Below, piece by piece: positions 1-5,429 of a stretch of DNA of 21,289 nucleotides. Where the stretch lies: NCBI GenBank assembly GCA_964576585.1, contig CAZNWO010000052.1:1-21289 (forward strand), written 5' to 3'. Source of the DNA: an uncultured Puniceicoccaceae bacterium. Lineage in GTDB: Bacteria > Verrucomicrobiota > Verrucomicrobiia > Opitutales > Seribacteraceae. The notes under the pieces were generated by a model that worked only from the letters and a program-made list of their open reading frames with translations, was not told the origin of the DNA and did no database searches. The position numbers and the translations under genes are program-made. How positions within the stretch are numbered: the first letter of the stretch is position 1; every line of letters begins with the position of its first letter.

Positions 1-67
1 TCGGGGATGCTGAAGCTAGTATGCCCGGATGCTTTGAAACAAGGAAAAAACGTCTAATTATATTAAC

Positions 68-93
68 ACGCGCGCTATAAATCGTGCGCGCGT
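68..93. other. GC-rich perfect inverted repeat (potential stem-loop), ACGCGCGC-N10-GCGCGCGT
   Basis: Read directly: 68-75 ACGCGCGC, loop 76-85 TATAAATCGT, 86-93 GCGCGCGT, an exact 8-bp reverse complement of alternating CG. It lies 11 nt after a TAA (55-57) that closes a + frame open from the left edge, and at the distal end of the minus-strand path through the repeat array. There is no U-tract after it on the + strand; A/U-rich GUUAAUAUAAUU follows on the - strand. Its role (terminator or protein site) cannot be decided from sequence. Confidence 0.5.
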
Positions 94-98
94 CGTGT

Positions 99-330
99 GA
101 ACGCGCCCACAAGCAAGCTGAACGCATGCCCGAGTAAGGCGATCGGGAGCTTCCGCAAGCCGATCTCGAGCGCCAAACCGGTGATCGGGAGCAGCAGAAA
201 TTGATTTTCGATGCCCAAGCAAGCTGATCGCGAGGGCGAGAAAGCCGATCGCGGGCACAAAACGTCTGGTCGGGAGGCCGAGAAAGGGGGTCGCGAGGGT
301 GCGAAAACAGGTCTTTCGAGATAACTGCAT
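99..330. repeat. Array of ~11 tandem degenerate 21-bp units (core G[A/G]TCG[C/G]GAG, then a GC-rich stretch and an A-run)
   Basis: Units start at 99, 120, 141, 162, 183, 204, 226, 247, 268, 289 and 310; ten are 21 nt and one (204-225) is 22 nt. Examples: GATCGGGAGCTTCCGCAAGCC, GATCTCGAGCGCCAAACCGGT, GATCGCGAGGGCGAGAAAGCC, GGTCGGGAGGCCGAGAAAGGG, GGTCGCGAGGGTGCGAAAACA. GATC occurs at 141, 162, 183, 226 and 247. The outer units (99, 120, 204, 310) are more degenerate. No long + strand ORF exists; the only ORFs are minus-strand 58..330 and 75..260, which look like by-products of the repeat. Confidence 0.85.
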
Positions 331-351
331 GAAAAATTTTATGAAATTATA

Positions 352-392
352 TGTCCTTGCCTGTCAGGTACTTATATTCTTGACAAAGGACA
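352..392. promoter_or_regulatory. 7-bp perfect inverted repeat TGTCCTT-N27-AAGGACA bracketing the -35 hexamer (candidate operator)
   Basis: TGTCCTT at 352-358 and its exact reverse complement AAGGACA at 386-392, immediately after TTGACA (380-385). An internal palindrome CCTGTCAGG sits at 360-368. Short, so a chance occurrence cannot be excluded. Confidence 0.3.
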
Positions 393-408
393 CATGTTCT
401 GCTAATAT
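380..408 (+). promoter_or_regulatory. Near-consensus sigma70-type promoter: -35 TTGACA (380-385), 17-nt spacer, -10 TAATAT (403-408)
   Basis: The -35 matches consensus 6/6, the -10 matches TATAAT 5/6, and the 17-bp spacing is optimal. It sits in an AT-rich island (331-417) within otherwise GC-rich DNA. The predicted start site at about 414-416 is only ~3 nt before the ATG at 418. Confidence 0.6.
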
Positions 409-417
409 AGTTGCATT

Positions 418-819
418 ATGATAAACATAAACAAACCCAAAACAGTCGCACGAGCCGAGTTGGTTCAGGCGGCTTGGAAAAACCAGGCCCCGGAGGAAAT
501 CTTCGGCGGTCTCGGCTTGGAGGACCACAAGGTGGCTCTAGCCGGTGTTCGAAAGGCGGAAACGCAAGTGGAAGCCTTGGAAGTGGCGTTGAAGGGGGCA
601 AGGGAGCTACGCGACGATCGTGTCGTGGAGTTGGCCCTCCTCAACCGCAAGGTGTATCATGGCGTGCTCGGGCATCCCGACTACGGCGACGATTGCGCGA
701 CCTTGGCCCAAATGGGCTACGTTCGCAGAAGCAAGAGAGCCAGCGGGTTGACCCGCAGGGAGTTGCCCGGAGACGCTGCGGAGGAGGATCCGGTGCCCGA
801 GGATCCCACCGTGAACTAG
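418..819 (+). CDS. Hypothetical protein, 133 aa, predicted helical/coiled-coil core with an acidic Pro-rich C-terminal tail; no family recognised
   Basis: ATG-to-TAG ORF directly downstream of the strong promoter, with GC3-rich, coding-like codon usage. The segment VRKAETQVEALEVALKGARELRDDRVVELALLNRK looks amphipathic and helical. There is no Shine-Dalgarno sequence and essentially no leader. The overlapping ORF 411..1517 in another frame is Gly/Arg-rich junk running antisense into ftsZ. I recognise no homolog. Confidence 0.6.
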   Translation: MININKPKTVARAELVQAAWKNQAPEEIFGGLGLEDHKVALAGVRKAETQVEALEVALKGARELRDDRVVELALLNRKVYHGVLGHPDYGDDCATLAQMGYVRRSKRASGLTRRELPGDAAEEDPVPEDPTVN

Positions 820-839
820 TCGCGGGAAGCGAGCTGAGA

Positions 840-867
840 GGGCGGGGTTCCGAAAAGGGCCCCGCCC
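840..867. terminator. GC-rich hairpin between convergent genes (GGGCGGGG-N12-CCCCGCCC), no U-tract
   Basis: 840-847 GGGCGGGG pairs perfectly with 860-867 CCCCGCCC. On the + transcript the stem can extend by two G-U pairs and one C-G pair. It lies 21 nt after the stop of ORF 418..819 and 39 nt after the ftsZ stop. Neither strand has a following T-run, so it is not a canonical intrinsic terminator. Confidence 0.35.
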
Positions 868-905
868 GACTTGGCTTGAGCAAAGGCCGAGGCCCGGATG
901 GGTGC

Positions 906-2192
906 CTAGACGGCGATCTTTACGCCGCGGCGGAGGTAGGTGGGGACGTCGAGGTCCTCGCCCTCGTAGATGTTGCGGTTGTCGTGGTCGCCGAAGATGC
1001 CGCGCTGGTTCTCGGTCTGCATGAACTCGAAGAGGTTCTGGTCCTCGGTGGCATTCGCGGCCGCTTTCTTACCCTTGGCGCGGGCAGGCTTTTTGCGAGC
1101 TGCAGCACGCTTGAGCTTGGATGCATGGGACTTGGCGGCACGCTTGGAAGCCTTGGCAGAGGTGGTGAGGGCGGGCGCCCCGGGGGGCGCTACGTCGGCG
1201 GCGGGCAGGCCTGCCTCGAGGTCGGTGGCGCCGAGGACGCATATCTCGACGCGGTCGCCCATGTTCTCGTCCACGTGGGCGCCGAACACGACGTGCTCGC
1301 CCGCCTTGAGTTCCTCGCGAATGCCTGCGGCGGTTTGCTGCAGGGCGGCCATGCTCATGCCGGGACCTCCGCTGATGGTGATGAGGAGAACGTCGGCTGC
1401 CTTGGAAACGTCCGGAAGGTGCAACATGGGACAAAGGAGAAGGTCGCGCAGGGCGTGCCGGAGGGCATCCTCTCCCGATCCGTTGCCGATGGCGAACAGG
1501 GTGCGCCCGGAACGTAGGTTGAAGGCCTTGCGGAGGTGGGCGAAGTCGACGTCGATCATGCCCTTGCGAAAGACGAGGGAGCAAATGGAGGTGATGCCGC
1601 AGCTGACGTTTCGCCCCGCCTGGGCAAAGCACTCGAGGGCGCTGGCATCGGGACCGCCGACCTGCAGGAGGGAATCGTTTGGAAGTGGGACCACGGCATT
1701 GGAGAACTTGCGCAGCTCGGCAAGGGATTCCTCGGCCAGCTTGTGGCGGTGCTTCTCCCAGCTGAAGGGCATGGGACAAAAGGCAAAGACGAGGGCGCCC
1801 GCCTCGCGGGCCAGCTTGGCGATCTCGGGACCTACCCCACCCCCGGTTCCGCCACCTAGGCCGGCGAGGAGGAAGACGAGGTCTACGCCGTCGAGATGCT
1901 TGCGTATGGTGGTGCGGTCCTCGTCGGCCGCCTTGCGCCCGACGGAGGGTTCGCCACCCGTGCCCATGCCGTGCGTGAGGCGTCGCCCAAGGGTGACCTT
2001 CTCGCTCGCCATGCTCTCGGAAAGGTTGGTCGCGTCGATGTCCATGGCGACGGCTCGAACGGAATCGAAGCCGTCGAAGTGGAGCCCGTCCACAAGGCTG
2101 CAGCCCGCGCCTCCCACGCCGATGACCTTGGCTCGGATGGGACTGGTTTCCGCACGGAAGGAAGCAGTGTGAAACATCGTTTGCTGGGACAT
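906..2192 (-). CDS. ftsZ: Cell division protein FtsZ (tubulin-like GTPase)
   Basis: N-terminal IGVGGAG motif, tubulin signature GLGGGTGGG, PNDSLL (T7 region), and the C-terminal FtsA/ZipA-binding peptide DLDVPTYLRRG. It is the last gene of the dcw cluster, after ftsA. Confidence 0.97.
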   Translation of the reverse strand: MSQQTMFHTASFRAETSPIRAKVIGVGGAGCSLVDGLHFDGFDSVRAVAMDIDATNLSESMASEKVTLGRRLTHGMGTGGEPSVGRKAADEDRTTIRKHLDGVDLVFLLAGLGGGTGGGVGPEIAKLAREAGALVFAFCPMPFSWEKHRHKLAEESLAELRKFSNAVVPLPNDSLLQVGGPDASALECFAQAGRNVSCGITSICSLVFRKGMIDVDFAHLRKAFNLRSGRTLFAIGNGSGEDALRHALRDLLLCPMLHLPDVSKAADVLLITISGGPGMSMAALQQTAAGIREELKAGEHVVFGAHVDENMGDRVEICVLGATDLEAGLPAADVAPPGAPALTTSAKASKRAAKSHASKLKRAAARKKPARAKGKKAAANATEDQNLFEFMQTENQRGIFGDHDNRNIYEGEDLDVPTYLRRGVKIAV

Positions 2193-2252
2193 GGCGGACC
2201 TGAGTTCGGGATAGTTACGATTTGCAGCTCGCGTTCGGCATACGGAAGGCGG

Positions 2253-3458
2253 CTAGTTGATGCCCACGAGGTGGGCGAGTTTCTTGAAAAGTCCCTTGGA
2301 CTCGGCGACGGGGCTTCCCCGATCGTTGTCCCTCAGGCCGTAGTGGAGCAAGCCCAGCACGGTGGCGTTTGCAGGATCCGCAAGGGCGCCCTCGATCCCA
2401 TCGGGAAACGCCGCCCTTTCCACGGGAAGACCGAGTACCTTGCGGGCGATTACGTCGATCCCGGGCAGGGCGGACATGCCGCCGGTGAGCAGGACTCCGC
2501 CCGCGACCTCCTCGGGGTCGAGCAGGTCGCCAAGCTCCTTGCCGAGAATCTCGAAGAGTTCCACGACCCGTGCGTGAATGACGTCGCAGATGGCCTTTCG
2601 CGAGACGGTACGGTCGCCGATGGTCTTGTTCCCTATCAGCCAGACCTCCTCCTCCGAGTCGGTCTTGCTGACGGTGGCCTTGCCGTGCTCGATCTTGATT
2701 TTCTCGGCATAGGGCTCGCCGATGCGAAGGCCCATGCTGAGATCGCCCGTGACGTGATCCCCGCCAACGGGTACCACGCCCGTGACTGCAACGTGACCAT
2801 CGCGGTAAAGCACGTAGTCGGTGACGCCGGCCCCGAGGTCGACGACGAGCACGCCCGCCTTCTGGAGGTCGGGCCCGGCGAGGATGGCTCCCGAGGCAAT
2901 CGATGAAATGAAGAGGTCCGCCAAGGCGACGCGACCGTAGCCGCTGATGATGTCGACGGTTTCCTTGATGGCGTGGTCGTCGCCGTCGATGGCCCAATAG
3001 CCGATCTCGATGTTGGAACCGTGCATACCCACGGGATCGTCCACCATCCTGCCGTCCAGCAGGATCGGGGACCGCACGTGATGAATGTAGCTGCGCCCTT
3101 CCACGGGCTGCTTGCGCTTGGCCTCCTCGGCGGCTCGAGCAAGGTCGGAGTCCTCCACCCTGTCGTCGGCGGCAGCCGTAAGGGCCGTTCCCACCAGGCG
3201 GTTTCCACGAAGATGGTTGCCCGTCTGGGCGAGGTAGACCTCGTCCACGTTGGTGCCTGCGGCCTTCTCCGCCTCCTCCAGAGCTGCATGAACGGCTGCG
3301 GCGGCCTTTCGGTAGTCGACCACCTGGCCCTTGCGGACACCTTCGTTTGGAACGGAGGAAGCCGCCACGACGTTGAGCCCCTTGGCATCGGTTAGCTCGC
3401 CAATCAGGGCCTTGGCCGAGGAGGTTCCTACTTCAACTGCTGCCAGAATCTTGCTCAT
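2253..3458 (-). CDS. ftsA: Cell division protein FtsA (actin-like ATPase)
   Basis: N-terminal LAAVEVGTSS phosphate-1 motif, VVDLGAGVTD, LTGGMSALPGI, and a position between ftsQ and ftsZ. Confidence 0.95.
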   Translation of the reverse strand: MSKILAAVEVGTSSAKALIGELTDAKGLNVVAASSVPNEGVRKGQVVDYRKAAAAVHAALEEAEKAAGTNVDEVYLAQTGNHLRGNRLVGTALTAAADDRVEDSDLARAAEEAKRKQPVEGRSYIHHVRSPILLDGRMVDDPVGMHGSNIEIGYWAIDGDDHAIKETVDIISGYGRVALADLFISSIASGAILAGPDLQKAGVLVVDLGAGVTDYVLYRDGHVAVTGVVPVGGDHVTGDLSMGLRIGEPYAEKIKIEHGKATVSKTDSEEEVWLIGNKTIGDRTVSRKAICDVIHARVVELFEILGKELGDLLDPEEVAGGVLLTGGMSALPGIDVIARKVLGLPVERAAFPDGIEGALADPANATVLGLLHYGLRDNDRGSPVAESKGLFKKLAHLVGIN

Positions 3459-3503
3459 GGGCTTTGCTTTCAGGTGAAAAGACTAGGTGAAGTTCAATGG
3501 GTT

Positions 3504-4421
3504 TCAGGTCGGGCGCAGGTCGGCAAAGACGGAGCGTCCGTGAGAAAGGTCGATCGATGAAATCCTTGGCAAGGCGCGGATGGAGGGGTCGAGCAAGAGG
3601 TAGCGCAGGCGACGCAATTGGGCGGGATAATCCCTCGGGGCAAAGCGAATGGTCCGCACCTTCCCGGAACGCAACTGAACGTAGGCGCCGGGATCCGACT
3701 CGTCCGCCGTTGGTCTTAGAAAGCTAAGGGACTTTAGGTCGCGATAAATCTCCGGGTAATCACGACGAACATGAGCCAGAAGGGGCGATACCCGCGTAAG
3801 GTCATGCAGGGGTAGGTAGCCACCGCGACCATCGGGCTCGAGCATCGAAGGTGCAAGCTCCAGCCATGGCAAGAGGTCGAGGGATGCATAGGTGTAGTTT
3901 TGACCTCGGTAGACGATTCCTTCCTCGGATAGAAGCCAGAGCTCGTTTTTGCCCTGCTTGCGCAGCCCGAGCCGAAGAACGGGCTTTCGCTCCTTCAGCT
4001 CGACTCGAAGAACGTCGGGGAAAATTCGACTAACTCGAGCATACGACACTTGGGGTTCGTCGGTTAGGCGTTGCTGCAGGTTCGCAATATCCAGATCCAT
4101 GAGGGTCTTGCCGGTAGGCAGGTCGAGCCATTGCAGAATCCACTCGTGGTCCAAGACGCCGTCGCTGGCAAAAGTTACGGAAGCGATCGGGACCGATGGT
4201 CCGGTAAGATCGACAGGGCCTGACTGGGTGGCCAGGTATTCCTTGAACTTCCAGGACCCAAATCCAACGCCCGCGAGCGAGCAAACCAGCAACAGGGCTT
4301 TCCCGAAGCCTATGAACGCTCGTCGCCAAGCGATCCAGGACATCGGTCGACGACGCTTTTCAGGCACCAGCTTTCGCCAACTTCTCTCGGAAAAGGTATT
4401 TTTTTTCTTCTTTGTAGCCAT
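3504..4421 (-). CDS. ftsQ: Cell division protein FtsQ (bitopic, POTRA domain)
   Basis: Basic N-terminus (MATKKKK...), one TM segment (AFIGFGKALLLVCSLAGVGFGSW), then a POTRA-like segment (ASVTF..G...L...ANLQQRL...P.V..ARVSRIFPDVLRVELKERKP). Canonical position between ddl and ftsA. Confidence 0.8.
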   Translation of the reverse strand: MATKKKKNTFSERSWRKLVPEKRRRPMSWIAWRRAFIGFGKALLLVCSLAGVGFGSWKFKEYLATQSGPVDLTGPSVPIASVTFASDGVLDHEWILQWLDLPTGKTLMDLDIANLQQRLTDEPQVSYARVSRIFPDVLRVELKERKPVLRLGLRKQGKNELWLLSEEGIVYRGQNYTYASLDLLPWLELAPSMLEPDGRGGYLPLHDLTRVSPLLAHVRRDYPEIYRDLKSLSFLRPTADESDPGAYVQLRSGKVRTIRFAPRDYPAQLRRLRYLLLDPSIRALPRISSIDLSHGRSVFADLRPT

Positions 4422-4448
4422 GACAAAAGGACGTAAATCAAAGATCGT

Positions 4449-5375
4449 TCATGCGACGCGGAAGCGGTTCATGGCAGGCTCGATCAACTGCAGGGCCAAG
4501 CTGTCGAAATCGTAACCCGAACAAGAGGCGCTCTTGGGCAGGAGACTAGTCTCGGTAAGACCGGGCAAGGTATTCACCTCAAGAAAGAAAGCATGCCCAT
4601 CCTCACAGAGCATGAAGTCGACTCGAGCAAAATCCCGACAACCGCAAACCTCAAAGGCAATCCTACCGGCATTCTTCACCTCCTCCTCCACATCGCAGGG
4701 CAGGACGGCAGGATAACGGTACTCGGTTTGGCCGGAAAGATACTTCCGCTCGTAATCGTAGACTCCTCCCAGGGGAATGACCTCGACAACCCCTAGGGCG
4801 TCGCCGCCCAAGACTCCAACCGTAAGTTCTCGTCCCAGGATGCGCTGCTCCACAAGCCAGTTGCCGACCGGCAGGTCGCGGAGCAAGGCCTCGAGTTCAT
4901 CCTCGCCCTTAAGGGCACTCAGCTCGACGCTGCTACCTTGATTGGTGGGCTTTACAATCAAGTCGGGTCCTAGAGAATCGATCAAGTCTCCCGCGGAAAC
5001 CTCTGCAGGATCGCGGAAAAACCTACCAGGAGCTACACGCAAACCGGCTTCCCAAACACGGTTCTTTGCCCTGTTCTTGTCCATGCATAGGTTACTCGAT
5101 GCAGCATCGCTACCCGCGTAATGGATACCGTTGTCATCCAGTTGTTGCTGCAAGTCCCCGTCTTCCCCAAAAGTGCCGTGGATGGCAGGAAAGACAATGG
5201 TACTCTCTGCGTCCAAGTCGGGAGGCAGAAAAGTCTGCTCGAGGTCTACGAGGATCACCTCGTGAGACTTTTTCAGTGATTTGCATATGGCACGACCAGT
5301 CGTGAGGGAAACCTCTCGCTCCTCTCCCACTCCACCGGACAAGACCGTAATCGAAGGTATTTTGTCGTCTTTCAT
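4449..5375 (-). CDS. ddl: D-alanine--D-alanine ligase
   Basis: ITVLSGGVGEEREVSL, PAIHGTFGEDGDLQ and LEVNTLPGLT (ATP-grasp) motifs, plus dcw position. Confidence 0.95.
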   Translation of the reverse strand: MKDDKIPSITVLSGGVGEEREVSLTTGRAICKSLKKSHEVILVDLEQTFLPPDLDAESTIVFPAIHGTFGEDGDLQQQLDDNGIHYAGSDAASSNLCMDKNRAKNRVWEAGLRVAPGRFFRDPAEVSAGDLIDSLGPDLIVKPTNQGSSVELSALKGEDELEALLRDLPVGNWLVEQRILGRELTVGVLGGDALGVVEVIPLGGVYDYERKYLSGQTEYRYPAVLPCDVEEEVKNAGRIAFEVCGCRDFARVDFMLCEDGHAFFLEVNTLPGLTETSLLPKSASCSGYDFDSLALQLIEPAMNRFRVA

Positions 5376-5429
5376 TTTTTAGAGTTCCCGCAAACTCTTT
5401 GAGATGACTTATGTCAGTCGTTCAATAAT

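Noticed and set aside
58-330. 90-aa minus-strand ORF (and 75..260) spanning the repeat array as a possible heptad-repeat or small membrane protein
   Set aside because: The ORF stays open only because the repeat lacks stops in that frame. The repeat-to-frame register shifts at the 22-nt unit, so the peptide repeat changes midway. Conservation follows DNA positions, including codon third positions, rather than amino acids, and there is no SD. It is kept only as an alternative under the array finding.
99-330. CRISPR array interpretation of the 21-bp repeats
   Set aside because: The units are contiguous with no unique spacers, they are degenerate rather than near-identical, and no cas genes are nearby.
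411-1517. 368-aa + strand ORF starting at TTG 411
   Set aside because: The translation is Gly/Arg-rich low-complexity sequence. It crosses the intergenic hairpin and runs antisense through the ftsZ 3' half. The frame at 418..819 has far more protein-like sequence.
970-2172. 400-aa + strand ORF antisense to ftsZ; likewise 1069..1779 (-) and 1896..2906 (+)
   Set aside because: The composition is Arg/Ser/Pro/Ala-rich with no motifs, and the ORF is fully nested in the strongly supported ftsZ/ftsA frames. This is the usual stop-codon-poor shadow ORF of GC-rich coding DNA.
99-2192. TubZRC-like partition module (iteron centromere, small DNA-binding protein, tubulin homolog)
   Set aside because: The tubulin homolog is convergent rather than co-oriented. 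It is the terminal gene of a canonical dcw operon and carries the FtsA-binding C-terminal peptide, so it is a genuine FtsZ. The resemblance is coincidental.
418-3458. Apparent GC-content step (ftsZ, ftsA and the orphan ORF richer than the rest), possibly indicating different origin or expression bias
   Set aside because: Hand counts of single 60-nt lines are too noisy to support it. They give 41/60 at 901-960 and 38/60 at 2761-2820, against 30/60 at 7201-7260 and 28/60 at 8461-8520, but 40/60 at 8041-8100. A sliding-window GC/GC3 calculation is needed before making any claim.
4399-4406. A8/T8 homopolymer in ftsQ codons 4-8 (the KKKK run) as a slippage or phase-variation site
   Set aside because: It simply encodes the basic cytoplasmic tail typical of bitopic division proteins. 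Phase-variable control of an essential division gene is implausible, and similar 8-nt runs occur in intergenic DNA here.
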